Assembly (NCBI GenBank): GCA_963843645.1
Contig: CAWJLE010000002.1
Location: 189,909-253,908, forward strand
Reading direction: 5' to 3'
Length of the DNA: 64,000 nt
Source: an uncultured Chloroflexia bacterium
GTDB taxonomy: Bacteria > Chloroflexota > Anaerolineae > DAOTYC01
The notes below the pieces were generated by a model, which was not told the DNA's origin, ran no database searches, and saw only the letters and a list, made by a program, of their open reading frames with translations. The position numbers and the translations under genes are program-made. Position 1 is the stretch's first letter; each line of letters opens with the position of its first letter. Positions 35,952 through 46,872 of the stretch are shown in pieces.

Positions 35952-37178
35952 TCAGTGTTGTGGAATCTTCAGACCACCGGAAGCGGTCAGCGGGTCGCCG
36001 GCGTCGAAGAACCCGCTCATCCAGAGGTTCCCCAGCAGATTGCCCTGGGCCATGAATTCCCTGATGCCTCTCATATCGGCGGCCCGGCGGGCCTGCGTGT
36101 AGCCTCGTTCATCCCGGTAGAGCACCCACAGCTCCTCGGGCTTGAGTCCGTTCACGAAGAAGGGCGAGTGCGTGGTCACCATCAACTGACTGCGGCCCGA
36201 CGCTTCGCGGCATTCCTCGGCCAACTCCGGCAGCAAACGAGGATGAAGGTGGTTTTCCGGTTCCTCTATGCCGATCAGTTGGGGCGGGTCCGGATCGTAC
36301 AGCACCGTGAGGTACGAGAGCATCTTCAGCGTACCATCGGACGCGAATCTGGCCAGAATGGGGCGCTCAAACGGCGCGTCCTTGATCTGCAGCAACAGCC
36401 GGCCATCGGCCATAAGCTCCGCGTCTACCTTCTCCAGCCGCGGTACACGCTCTGACAGTGCCTGGAGAATCTGGGTCAACCGATCCTCGTGTTGCTCTTT
36501 GAGATACTGGATGACGTTCGGCAGGTTGTCCCCGGTGGCCGATAGGCGTTCCTGAGGTCCGGCCTCGGGCACCGCCCGCGCGTTGTCGGCGGTGAGGTAG
36601 GAGAGATACCACCCCGTGATGAAGCGGCGAAGAGCGCTGACGCGTGGGTTCCTGGCCAGTTGGCCCAGTGTGTTCACGGCAAGCATCTCGGACGAGTCCA
36701 GGGTCTCCGACATGCGCTGATCTGTGGCGTCCGGCACCTCGCCACTCACTACCATGCCGCTGCCCATCTGGAAGTCGACGAACCTGAAGGGCCGGCCCCA
36801 CTGCCCGCGTCGCCACTGCAGCCATTCTTCGGTGACGAAGGGGCCCCTCGAACCCTCATCGATGGCCAGATGGTAGGTGATGAGCGGTGATTCGCGCGTC
36901 TCGCGGTATTTCAGCTCGATGACGATGGGACCGTCCGATCCGCGGGTGCGTAGCTCTTTGAACCGTCCGCGGCGGTCCCAGGCCTTGCGCAGGCCGACGG
37001 AAAAGCACTCCGCGAGGAATGCGAACACGTCGAAGAGCGTCGACTTGCCGCTCCCGTTGGGACCGAGCAGAACGGTCAATGGGGTCAGTCCCTTCAGTTG
37101 AAGGTCCCGGAGAGCCCGATAGTTCCTGACCGCCAACGCTTCGATGCGCGGGATGGAGGGCCTGTTGTAGCTGCTCAT
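35952..37178 (-). CDS. AAA_21/ABC-type ATPase (OLD-family-like N-terminal ATPase)
   Basis: Walker [18 protein letters not shown] signature and Walker B/H-loop region …[14 protein letters not shown]…. Stop 20 nt before the DUF4276 start. Confidence 0.85.
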   Translation of the reverse strand: MSSYNRPSIPRIEALAVRNYRALRDLQLKGLTPLTVLLGPNGSGKSTLFDVFAFLAECFSVGLRKAWDRRGRFKELRTRGSDGPIVIELKYRETRESPLITYHLAIDEGSRGPFVTEEWLQWRRGQWGRPFRFVDFQMGSGMVVSGEVPDATDQRMSETLDSSEMLAVNTLGQLARNPRVSALRRFITGWYLSYLTADNARAVPEAGPQERLSATGDNLPNVIQYLKEQHEDRLTQILQALSERVPRLEKVDAELMADGRLLLQIKDAPFERPILARFASDGTLKMLSYLTVLYDPDPPQLIGIEEPENHLHPRLLPELAEECREASGRSQLMVTTHSPFFVNGLKPEELWVLYRDERGYTQARRAADMRGIREFMAQGNLLGNLWMSGFFDAGDPLTASGGLKIPQH

Positions 37179-37348
37179 CGCTCACCTGGTTCCCCGAGTC
37201 CGTCACGGACTCTCGGCGTGGGAAGCCCCCATCGTCAGAGGGGGCTCATTCGCACATGACATATGAATGGGCGAATTATACCACACAATCGCGAAACGTC
37301 TACGGACCTTGCCCTGCCCGAAGCCCATTCGGCTTCCCGAGCGGGCCG

Positions 37349-38675
37349 CTACGTGGACGAAAGTCCGGGGACAGGGGCGGCGCCCTGACTCCGGTCCGGC
37401 TCCGATTCCAGGGCGCGGATCTTGCCGACGCGCCCGATGATGACCGCCAGGATGGACACGAACAGGCCCGACAGGATGAACATCAGGCCGATGCCCCTGC
37501 CCGGGCCGGTGCCGATCATGCGCCCGACGCTCTGGCCCAGCACACCGTTCGGCAGGAGCGCCGGGTTGAACAGGCGGTCCGCCAGGAACCCGGCCGAGGC
37601 AAACGCCAGTATGTAGCCGATCTGCGAAATGGCGGACACCAGCGACCAGGCCCGGCCCTGGCGTTCGTTGTCGACGTTCCGGCGGATGAGCACCTCCAGG
37701 CTCGTGTTCGCGAACGGCAGCGTGGCAAAGAACAGGAAGCCGAAGACGATGATCCACTTGACTGACGTGAACAGGCCCATGCAGGCATAGCACAGGCCGG
37801 CCAGCGCGAGGAACAGCGAGAGCATGAATACCTTGTTGCCCTTCATGCCGAGCACGCCGATGAACAGGCTGCTGACCATCATCCCTGATGCCGATGCGGA
37901 CAGGGCCACGCCTAACGTCTGTGAGTTGGCGAGGGTCAGCATCATGGGACCGTACAGCGATTGCAGCAATCCGATGTAGAAGCAGAGCACGGAGGTCAAC
38001 ACCACCAGCCACAACACTCCTTGCTGCGCCGTGAGGTAGCGGAAGGAATCGCGCATATCGTGGAAGAACGTCTGTGTCTCGTGCTTCTGGGGAGCGGCAT
38101 ACGGCGTCCCGATCAGCAAAACCGCGGCTACCGCGATCAGGAAGGTGGCGATGTCGATCGCCAGGACCCACTTCACGTCGTACACGCTCATCAGCAACCC
38201 GGCGACGATCGGGGAGATGGAGATACTGCGCCGATCCCGCCAGCTGAATCAGGCCGCTGGCCTGGGAGTACAGCTCTTCGGAAACCAGATCGGTGACGGC
38301 GGCCTTGTAGGCGGGGCTCTGAATTGCTGCGAACACCGCGCTCATGGCCACGCCGACGTAGATGTGCCACACTTCCAGGCGCCCCGACCCCATGGCCAGC
38401 AGGATGAACAGCAGTCCGCTGATGGCGCCCGCGTCCCCTACGATCATCATCTTCCGGCGATCGAAGCGGTCGGCCAGCACTCCGGCAAACGGCAGCAGGA
38501 CGAACGTCGGCAGAAACGCGAACAGAATCACCAGGGAGTAGCTCGTGGCCGACTGGGTCTTCTGAAAGACGAAGACCCCCAGGGCGAACGCGGTGAGCCC
38601 GCTGCCGATGGCTGAGATCAGCTGTCCCAGCCAGACGACGAGAAATCTCTTGAAGGTTCGATCTGGAGTGTTCAA
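37349..38675 (-). pseudogene. MFS transporter (EntS/macrolide-efflux-like), frameshift near 38215; TTG start overlapping upstream stop (TTGA)
   Basis: N-terminal half (…VWLGQLISAIGSGLTAFALGVFVFQ…LADRFDRRKMMIVGD…) and C-terminal half (ORF 37349..38197) are in different frames. Confidence 0.65.
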
Positions 38676-39538
38676 CTCTGCATTGCTCCTTCGGTCGCGA
38701 CGGACCGCGCGGGGGCCGATTCGACTTCCGGCTGCGCCTCGAAGAACGCCCGGTCGTAGATCACGATGCCGGCGGCCACGATCAGCAGCAGCGCGGTCTG
38801 GATGAATTTCGTCGATTCCACCGTGGCGAACGCTTCCGCCGAGATCACGGTCATGAAGTGCAGCAATATGGCGGCCGGGATGCTGCGGTGGTTCCGGTAA
38901 TAGACCCAGTTCAGGATGAACGCCATGGGTAGGATGCTGAGGAAGAAGTTGACGACGTAGGGGCCGCCCATCTTCCACAGCTCGTTGTGGTAGTAGTTGT
39001 TGATGAAGAACAGCGGCACGTGCCATGCCCCCCACAGAACGGCGAACAGGACGCTCGTCTTCAGCAGCGTGAATCTCTGGCGCAGGCTGTCGACGCCGTA
39101 ACCCCGCCACCCGATTTCCTCGAAGGTTGGGGCCAGAATCGAGATCAGCAGGCTGGCGAGGACCTGCCCGCCCACGATGTCGAACTGATCGGACAGCGAG
39201 AACTGCGCCGGGGATGCGCCGAACAGCAGGGAGACGGCGATCGCCGCCAGGACCGACGCCGGCATCAGCAGTACGATGACCGGTACGTATCGCAGGTCGA
39301 TCCGCCGGATCTGGGTGAGCCTGCTCCAGAAGTCGGACTTCAGGTCGCGGCTGCCGGACCCGAAAACCATGAACAGGCCGATGACCATCGGCGCGATCAA
39401 GCCGGGGATCAGCAATAGGAACTCGATGGACTCCATGCCGGCGCGATGGCTGAAATAGGCGGCGGCGAACCAGGACGCCCAGGTCAACAACAAGGTCGAA
39501 GCGAAGAATTTCGTGGGTTTGTACGCATGGCGACTCAT
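38672..39538 (-). CDS. CPBP-family intramembrane metalloprotease (CAAX protease/Abi domain)
   Basis: …APTFEEIGWRGY…FAVLWGAWH… motifs. Confidence 0.85.
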   Translation of the reverse strand: MSRHAYKPTKFFASTLLLTWASWFAAAYFSHRAGMESIEFLLLIPGLIAPMVIGLFMVFGSGSRDLKSDFWSRLTQIRRIDLRYVPVIVLLMPASVLAAIAVSLLFGASPAQFSLSDQFDIVGGQVLASLLISILAPTFEEIGWRGYGVDSLRQRFTLLKTSVLFAVLWGAWHVPLFFINNYYHNELWKMGGPYVVNFFLSILPMAFILNWVYYRNHRSIPAAILLHFMTVISAEAFATVESTKFIQTALLLIVAAGIVIYDRAFFEAQPEVESAPARSVATEGAMQS

Positions 39539-39580
39539 GATGATCTCCTGTAGGGTGAAAGTGATGCACGCACTGCGCGC

Positions 39581-40192
39581 TTACATGAACGAGAAGGTTC
39601 CCGGGGCGGCACGGAGCGCCCGTTCGATGACGGCCTGCATGGCTCGAGCGCGCTTCATCTGCTCGTCCTGATTCCAATCGAAGAGGCCCGATTCCAGCAG
39701 GAACTGGGATCCCGCCAGCAGGAACTGCACGGTTTCGAGCGGGTCTTCCACGTCGAACACGGCTTCCTGCTTGCCCTGTTCGATCACTCGCGCCAGAACA
39801 GGGGCCAGCTCGACGATGGTCACCACGCTGATGCGCTCGTGAAGCTCCCGGTTCTCCGGTCGATGGAGGCTTTCCATCAACCAGTCGCCGTGTTCCGAGG
39901 GCCGGTTTTCTCCCCGCAGGATCTGCCGCAGCTTGTCGACGGCGCCGATGGCGGGGTCGTCGGCGATGGCCTCGTAGTCTTCGCGCAGCCGGTCGACCAT
40001 CGCCTGGGCCAGCGCGACCAGGACGTCTTCCTTGGATTTGAAGTAGTAGTAGAACGTCCCCTTCGCCACGCCCACGTGCTGGACGATCGCGTCCACGCTG
40101 GTGTTGCCGTATCCCTGCTCCGCGAACAGCTCTCCGGCGGCCGCCAGTATCTCCGCTCGCCGCGTCTCGGGATCCTTGGTGATTCTCTTCAT
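39581..40192 (-). CDS. TetR/AcrR-family transcriptional regulator (first gene of tetR-CPBP-MFS operon)
   Basis: ILAAAGELFAEQGYGNTSVDAIVQHVGVAKGTFYYYFKSKEDVL. Confidence 0.9.
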   Translation of the reverse strand: MKRITKDPETRRAEILAAAGELFAEQGYGNTSVDAIVQHVGVAKGTFYYYFKSKEDVLVALAQAMVDRLREDYEAIADDPAIGAVDKLRQILRGENRPSEHGDWLMESLHRPENRELHERISVVTIVELAPVLARVIEQGKQEAVFDVEDPLETVQFLLAGSQFLLESGLFDWNQDEQMKRARAMQAVIERALRAAPGTFSFM

Positions 40193-40205
40193 GTGCTATC
40201 TCCTT

Positions 40206-40259
40206 TGACTGACGGTCAGTCAGTGATTCAAATTATAGCACATGACTGACCGTCAGTCA
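40206..40259. promoter_or_regulatory. two copies of palindromic TetR-type operator TGACTGAC(G/C)GTCAGTCA upstream of tetR
   Basis: ttgactgacggtcagtcagtg … catgactgaccgtcagtcaata, 10-60 nt upstream of the 40192 start. Confidence 0.55.
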
Positions 40260-40304
40260 ATAGGAAAATCGGTGAATTTTGGACGAGTTTGGTCAGCTGG
40301 GAAA

Positions 40305-40338
40305 AAAACTTCCGAAGTTTCCAAAACTTCGGAAGTTT
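40305..40338. promoter_or_regulatory. AACTTCCGAAGTTT / AACTTCGGAAGTTT palindrome pair (site 1 of 5)
   Basis: aaaaacttccgaagtttccaaaacttcggaagtttag read directly. Confidence 0.45.
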
Positions 40339-40366
40339 AGCTGAGGGGTGACGCTCACGCCTCGGC

Positions 40367-40540
40367 GTACGCCGTCCCGGTCACGGTGTCGGCGAGGGCC
40401 CAGAAGTTCTCCAACGGAGTATCGAGCTGGACGTGGTGCGTGGGGCCGAGGATGAGGCCGCCGCGCCGGCCGAGGGTGCGCAGGCGGGCGAGGACTTCGC
40501 CCCGCACGTCGGCGGGGGAGCCGAAGGGCGCTCGGCCAAG
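40367..40540 (-). pseudogene. orphan ~170-bp duplicate of the 3' end of the UroD-family gene 42412..43527 (gene fragment)
   Basis: gtacgccgtcccggtcacggtgtcggcgagggcccagaagttctccaacgga…gggggagccgaagggc is identical to 42424-42586 except for 2 mismatches. Confidence 0.6.
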
Positions 40541-40543
40541 TGC

Positions 40544-41671
40544 TCAGGCGTAGAGCCAATCTTCCTCTGAGGAAACCGGCAAGTCGTCGCAAGCGCGGGC
40601 GTGAAGCCAACCCAAGGCTCCAAGATCTCGAATTGCTGTCGCGACCGTCTTTTCGTCCAGAGGCGGTGTTCGCCGTTGCTTCCATTGCATAACTTCCGCA
40701 AGTACCTCACACTCGGTCGGCTGTGTGTCTCTGGCCGCCCGTAGCGCGCGGGCCGTGAACAGCACGGTGGCGGTCACCTCGGCCTGCTGCGTGTCCATCC
40801 GCAGGAACAAGTCAGCCACTCTGTTCAGAATAGATTCCCATTGTTGCAGATGCTCGGCGTAGGACTGGCGAGCATCGGAAAAGGTCGGTCCGACGTTGAC
40901 GGCGAACATTTGACCGAGACGAGATTCGACGATTAGCCCGTTGTTTACTAATCTTGTGACAACTCCCTTGAGCGCAGGAGCGAACGGGCCATAGCTGCTC
41001 CGCTTATACTCGAGCCCGGTAGGAATTCCCTCTTGTGTCGCCACATAGGCGATCTTCTGGAAGGTGGTTCGACCTACCGGCCAGTGGTACGGTTGCTCTT
41101 CGATGCGCCGAAGAATGTCGACGAGAGCCACCAGCCCCGCATGCACCCAGCGCGGCTCCGGCATGCTGACCCCATTGGCATCAGGCGTCTCCCGAGCCAG
41201 GAAAGCCGGCTGCAACTCCTCGTGTGGGGTACCGTAAGGGGCATACAGCTCTATCGGAATCTCCAGGCGACTGAAGCGGCGATACAGCGTCGGTCCCACG
41301 ATGCGCCACTCAAGCTGACCCTCGCCACAGCCGAGTGGCGGAACCGCCAACGAACTGATGCCCCAGGCCTGGTAGTTTTCGAGGAGGTAGTCGACGCCTT
41401 GCACGATGCTGTCCAATCGAGCAACTGACCGCCAATGGTCCTTCGTTGGGAAATTCAATACCCAGGGAAAGACGAGACGCTTGTATAGATAGGGGCGGCC
41501 GAGTCGGACTTCGCGCCGCTGGCAACGGCGAACGTAATCTGCGAACATCTCTGGAAAGCGGGTTTTGAACCCTAACGCGATGCCCTTGCCCATTACACCG
41601 ACGCAGTTCACCGTATTCACCCAGGTTTGGGCATTGGATTCGAACATGTCGCCAATCAAAACCTTTATCAT
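40544..41671 (-). CDS. darG: DarG-like antitoxin (N-terminal macrodomain + C-terminal DarT-binding domain)
   Basis: MIKVLIGDMFESNAQTWVNTVNCVGVMGKGIALGFKTRFPEMF… macrodomain. 375 aa. Immediately downstream of the DarT-like gene. Confidence 0.75.
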   Translation of the reverse strand: MIKVLIGDMFESNAQTWVNTVNCVGVMGKGIALGFKTRFPEMFADYVRRCQRREVRLGRPYLYKRLVFPWVLNFPTKDHWRSVARLDSIVQGVDYLLENYQAWGISSLAVPPLGCGEGQLEWRIVGPTLYRRFSRLEIPIELYAPYGTPHEELQPAFLARETPDANGVSMPEPRWVHAGLVALVDILRRIEEQPYHWPVGRTTFQKIAYVATQEGIPTGLEYKRSSYGPFAPALKGVVTRLVNNGLIVESRLGQMFAVNVGPTFSDARQSYAEHLQQWESILNRVADLFLRMDTQQAEVTATVLFTARALRAARDTQPTECEVLAEVMQWKQRRTPPLDEKTVATAIRDLGALGWLHARACDDLPVSSEEDWLYA

Positions 41672-41688
41672 GGCGTACCCTCCTGTGT

Positions 41689-42279
41689 CTAGCGGAAGAA
41701 TAGAACCGCATTCACTGCTACGTCCAGGGTCGGTGCCAGTTCGTTCAGACTCAATCGAGCCTCTTCACAAGACACGTAGGCGCCCAGGATGTGATGGGGC
41801 GGTACCCGATTAGGGACCAACACCTCAGCACATTTAATCCGCTTCTTCCGCCACTGCTCAATCTGATTGGCGTCCGTCCAGTATGTGGCGAAAACCAGTG
41901 TCTCGTCAACTTCGCTGAGTCCGTAAGGAGATGGGAGGAAGCGCGTATAATTGCTGGCAGCGTTCCCATCTGTGATCACTACCCCAGACAAATCGAGGAT
42001 CGCCTGGCTGACCCGCAACACGCACAATTCCATATGAGAATCCCTGCGTTTGTAAATCATCGGGTTCCTGGCGCAGAGGTACAGATTCACGTATGTGTGG
42101 AGAGGTCGGCCACCAGGTACTGTTTTTCTCGTTCGTATTTCCTGAACCTCAGGCATTGCAACTGAAATTGGTCCCATCGGCTTAGCTCTCTGGTATGAAA
42201 GGATGCCGTGGATCAGGATCGAAGGGACGTTAGCGATGTTGGTTATGTAGTGCAATTCAGGGAGATCTGACCTATTCAT
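41689..42279 (-). CDS. darT: DarT-like toxin (DUF4433 ssDNA ADP-ribosyltransferase)
   Basis: LHYITNIANVPSILIHGILSY… matches the DarT N-terminal hallmark (YHxTHxxNLxSIL). 196 aa. GC ~52-55%. Confidence 0.75.
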   Translation of the reverse strand: MNRSDLPELHYITNIANVPSILIHGILSYQRAKPMGPISVAMPEVQEIRTRKTVPGGRPLHTYVNLYLCARNPMIYKRRDSHMELCVLRVSQAILDLSGVVITDGNAASNYTRFLPSPYGLSEVDETLVFATYWTDANQIEQWRKKRIKCAEVLVPNRVPPHHILGAYVSCEEARLSLNELAPTLDVAVNAVLFFR

Positions 42280-42411
42280 ATTTCATCTTTTCGTGTGGAT
42301 TGGCCAAACCAAACTGCGCACGCAGGCAGAAGCCTCTTGATCAAGAACCATTTGCCTCGAACAGGGTTTGTCTTTAGTTGTGCACGACCTCATTATACCA
42401 CGCTGATGCGA

Positions 42412-43527
42412 CTACAGCGACTCGTACGCCGTCCCGGTCACGGTGTCGGCGAGGGCCCAGAAGTTCTCCAACGGAGTGTCGAGCTGGACGTGGTGCGTGG
42501 GGCCGAGGATGAGGCCGCCGCGCCGGCCGAGGGTGCGCAGGCGGGCGAGGACTTCGCTCCGCACGTCGGCGGGGGAGCCGAAGGGCAGGGTGTGCTGCTC
42601 GTCGACGGAGCCCCAGAAGCAGAGCCGGTCGCCGTAGGCACTTTTCAGGCGCTCCGGGTCCATGCACGCGGGCTGGATAGGGTTCAGGACGTCGAGGCCG
42701 ATGTCGATGAGGTCCGGAATGATGGGTTCGATCGCGCCGTCGGAGTGGTAGGCGACCTTCACCCGCGGATTGACGGCCTTCAGCGTGGCGATGAACTCGG
42801 CCATGCGCGGCTTGAAGAAACGCCGCCACGTGGCCGGCGCGACGAGCATGTGGTGCTGGGCGCCGACGTCGTCGCCGATCCAGATCATGTCGACGCCGAG
42901 CTCCACCAGTCGCCGGGCGGCCGCCAGGTGGTAGCGGAAGGGAATCTCGAAGATGCGGTCGACGAGGTCCGGGTTGAGGGCGAAGTCCATCAGCATCTGG
43001 GCGTACCCACGCAGCGCCCAGGCCGTCTCGAAAATCGTCGTCACCGTGACGCCGACGATCCAATACTCGTCGGCGTACGCGTGGATGACGCGCTCGGCGT
43101 CAGCGTACAGCTCGGGCCGGTGCGGATCGGGCGGCCGGTAGGCGTCGAGGGCGCGCTCGTCGGCCAGGGGGTGGCCGACGATCTCCGTGTAGTGGCCGAC
43201 CCCGAAGCGCGTCTGGTAGGGTGCGTTGCGCCACCCGACGCCCCACTCGTCGGTGTAGGTCTCGCTGTCCTGGCTGAGGGCCTCCATCGCGTAGTACGAG
43301 TTCGCCCAGCCCACCGAGGTCAGCAGCAGGTCCTGATCGAGCAGACGCTCCAGGACGTAGGTGTTGCCGCCGCCGTGCGGATTGTGGCGGGCGCGCTCGG
43401 TGAGCCCCTCGTCGGCCGCCAGGCGGGCGTTGAACTCCGGCGTGAAGCTGGCCTGCCATGGGCAGCGGTCCGGCTCCTCGTGGTGCAGCGCCATGAGTAC
43501 GCGGTCACGGTGTCGCATGAGAGGCAC
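42412..43527 (-). CDS. uroporphyrinogen-decarboxylase (URO-D) family protein (HemE/MtaA-like)
   Basis: 371 aa. URO-D fold motifs …WIGDDVGAQHHMLVAP…, …DVLNPIQPACMDPERL…. Last gene of the minus-strand sugar ABC operon. Confidence 0.8.
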   Translation of the reverse strand: MPLMRHRDRVLMALHHEEPDRCPWQASFTPEFNARLAADEGLTERARHNPHGGGNTYVLERLLDQDLLLTSVGWANSYYAMEALSQDSETYTDEWGVGWRNAPYQTRFGVGHYTEIVGHPLADERALDAYRPPDPHRPELYADAERVIHAYADEYWIVGVTVTTIFETAWALRGYAQMLMDFALNPDLVDRIFEIPFRYHLAAARRLVELGVDMIWIGDDVGAQHHMLVAPATWRRFFKPRMAEFIATLKAVNPRVKVAYHSDGAIEPIIPDLIDIGLDVLNPIQPACMDPERLKSAYGDRLCFWGSVDEQHTLPFGSPADVRSEVLARLRTLGRRGGLILGPTHHVQLDTPLENFWALADTVTGTAYESL

Positions 43528-43554
43528 CCTCCTTTTATGCGAGCCGGAATGTCT

Positions 43555-43650
43555 AACCGCCGATGAACGCGGATAAACGCAGATGGATTAGATGAATGTT
43601 TTGTTTTCATCTTGTTCTTAATCTGTGTCTATCTGCGTTCATCGGCGGTT
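43555..43650. repeat. AT-rich iteron-like palindromic element (same family as 5233-5339)
   Basis: aaccgccgatgaacgcggataaacgcagatggattagatgaatgttttgttttcatcttgttcttaatctgtgtctatctgcgttcatcggcggtt. Confidence 0.6.
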
Positions 43651-43663
43651 ACGAAACCAGCCC

Positions 43664-44689
43664 TTACAGCGCCAGGCGGCGGCGCAGTACGCTGTGCATC
43701 GAGACGGACAGGACGATGATCAGGCCGTAGATGAGCTGGGTCCAGAAGCCGGCCAGGCCCATGGCGACGATCCCGGCGTTGATCGAGCCGATGATGAACG
43801 AGGCGATGAAGGTGCCGAACACGGTGCCCGTGCCGCCGAAGACCGACGTGCCGCCCAGGAACACGGACGATAGCGTGGTCAACAGGTAGCCGTCGCCCAG
43901 GGTCGGCCAGAAGTACAGCACTTCCATACTGGCGACCAGGCCGGAAAACGCGGCCGCGACGCCCATGATGGCGAAGATCCACAGCTTGGCGCGCGAGACG
44001 TTGACGCCCATCAGCCGAGCGCTCTCCACGTTATCGCCCACCAGGTAGGTGTGCGCGCCCAGGCGGGTGCGGTTCAAGATCACCCAGATCAAGATGGCAA
44101 TCGCGATCGCCCACAGCATCTGGCCGGGAATAGTGCCGAACAGCCGGCCCACCAGCCCGTCGTGAAAGATCGTGCCCACCGTTGGGTTGAGCGACCGCCC
44201 GTTGCCGCCCGTGACGACCAGCACGACGCCGCGCCAGAAGAACTGGGTGCCGATGGTCGCCACCAGGGACGGGATGCCCAGCCGGGTGACGATCCAGCCG
44301 TTCAGCAGACCGGCTACCAGCCCGGCCAGCAAGCAGGCCGCAACGGCCAGCTCTAGGCTGCCCGTCGCCCCAAGGGTCAGTGAAAAGGCGGTCATACCCC
44401 AGGCCATCACCGACGGGAAAGACAGGTCCATCTCACCGGCGATGATGAGCATGGTCAGCGGCAGGGCCATGATCGTAAAGAACGGTGTCGAGGACATCAT
44501 GGCGCCGTAGATGTTGAACGACAGAAAGGTGCGAGGGGCCCCCACCAGGAAGATCAGCCAGATGACCAGGCCGACCGCCACGATTCCGATCTGGAGCCCG
44601 TTCCGGCGAACGATCCGCTCCAGAGGGCTGCGCCCGACCCGCGCGGGGGCTGAAACGTGATTCTCTTGCTTTTCCGCTTCAGAAGCCAT
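43664..44689 (-). CDS. sugar ABC transporter permease (RbsC/AraH family)
   Basis: Multi-TM protein. Start MASEAEKQEN with GAGGAAGG RBS, in-frame within ORF 43664..44905. Confidence 0.85.
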   Translation of the reverse strand: MASEAEKQENHVSAPARVGRSPLERIVRRNGLQIGIVAVGLVIWLIFLVGAPRTFLSFNIYGAMMSSTPFFTIMALPLTMLIIAGEMDLSFPSVMAWGMTAFSLTLGATGSLELAVAACLLAGLVAGLLNGWIVTRLGIPSLVATIGTQFFWRGVVLVVTGGNGRSLNPTVGTIFHDGLVGRLFGTIPGQMLWAIAIAILIWVILNRTRLGAHTYLVGDNVESARLMGVNVSRAKLWIFAIMGVAAAFSGLVASMEVLYFWPTLGDGYLLTTLSSVFLGGTSVFGGTGTVFGTFIASFIIGSINAGIVAMGLAGFWTQLIYGLIIVLSVSMHSVLRRRLAL

Positions 44690-44739
44690 ATAAACACCTT
44701 CCTCAGGATGGTTAGGTAAAATCGCCACGCCGTCGCGCG

Positions 44740-45507
44740 TCAGTCCAGGCTGCCTGTCTGAGCCACCCGGTACATCTTCTCCATTAGCTGGTCCAGGGTA
44801 ATGTTCTTGGTGAGGAATTCTCCGGCGACGGATCCGCGATCCAGCACGACCACCCGGTCCGCCACTGAGTAGACGTGGAACACGTTGTGGTCGATGAAGA
44901 TGCACGCCTTGCCGGCGTTGCGGATGTCGCGCACGAACTCCAGCAGCTTCTTGGTCTCGGACAGCGACAGGCCCATGGTGGGCTCGTCCAGGATGATTAA
45001 CTCGGCCTTGAAGTACAGGGCCCGCACGATGGCCACGCCCTGCTTTTCGCCGCCGGAGAAGGAGCCGACGACCGAATCGGGCGTGACGGCGGACGAGGTG
45101 AAGCCCATGGAGCCGACCATCAACTTGTGGGTCTCGGTGCGCATGGCGTGCACGTCCAGAAGGCCGAGCGGCGTCGTCATCTCACGGCCCATGAAGATGT
45201 TGCGCCACAGGGTCTGCTGGTTAGCGAGGGCGCGCTCCTGGTAGACCGTCTCGATGCCGAGGTTGCGGGCCTGGGCCACCGAGTTGTCCACCAGCCTCCG
45301 GCCGTTAAAATAGATCTCGCCCGTCGTAGGCTGGTGGTACCCGGTAATCATTTTAATGAGAGTCGATTTGCCGGCGCCGTTATCGCCCAACAGGCCGAGG
45401 ACCTCGTTTCGACCAACGTTTAAGCTGACGTTCCGCAGCGCGTCGACCTCGCCGAACGACTTGCAGACGTTTCGCAGCTCGATGATGTAATCCTGATCTG
45501 CCATCAC
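44740..45507 (-). CDS. sugar ABC transporter ATP-binding protein
   Basis: Walker A GDNGAGKSTLIKM. LSGGEKQ signature. Walker B ILDEPT. Confidence 0.9.
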   Translation of the reverse strand: MMADQDYIIELRNVCKSFGEVDALRNVSLNVGRNEVLGLLGDNGAGKSTLIKMITGYHQPTTGEIYFNGRRLVDNSVAQARNLGIETVYQERALANQQTLWRNIFMGREMTTPLGLLDVHAMRTETHKLMVGSMGFTSSAVTPDSVVGSFSGGEKQGVAIVRALYFKAELIILDEPTMGLSLSETKKLLEFVRDIRNAGKACIFIDHNVFHVYSVADRVVVLDRGSVAGEFLTKNITLDQLMEKMYRVAQTGSLD

Positions 45508-45557
45508 CCTCTCCTTACCGATTCAGATGCCTGGCTTTTTCGCCGTCCAGCGGCATC

Positions 45558-45728
45558 ATAACAGGATGCACAGGATGGACAGGATAAAGACAAAGATGAG
45601 AAAAAAGCATGAGAGCACGGGTACGTCCCAGAGAACCCTGCGACGAGTGTTGTCAACGGCGTCTTCGGCCGGTTGGCTCTTTCATCTTGTCTCTTTTATC
45701 CTGTGCATCCTGTCTATCCTGTCACACA
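45558..45728. repeat. AT-rich iteron-like palindromic element with ~80-nt central spacer (same family as 5233-5339)
   Basis: aacaggatgcacaggatggacaggataaagacaaagatgag … catcttgtctcttttatcctgtgcatcctgtctatcctgt. Confidence 0.6.
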
Positions 45729-45784
45729 CGTCGTTCAGGGCTGCGAATGGGGCAGGCGGCACATAGGGGCCGCCTGCCCCTCTT

Positions 45785-45856
45785 AAACTTCCGAAGTTTT
45801 TAAAACCTCGGAAGTTTGACAGAACCTCGGAAGTTTGACAGAAACTCCGGAAGTTC
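45785..45856. promoter_or_regulatory. four tandem AAC(T/C)TC(C/G)GAAGTT-type half-palindromes (site 2 of 5) upstream of the ABC ATPase
   Basis: aaacttccgaagtttttaaaacctcggaagtttgacagaacctcggaagtttgacagaaactccggaagttcgg. Confidence 0.45.
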
Positions 45857-45861
45857 GGCGT

Positions 45862-46872
<1,011 letters not shown>

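Noticed and set aside
37203-39677. 824-aa minus-strand ORF spanning the MFS and CPBP genes
   Set aside because: Read-through of a GC-rich frame. Actual coding is two genes (MFS with a frameshift; CPBP protease) recognised by motifs.
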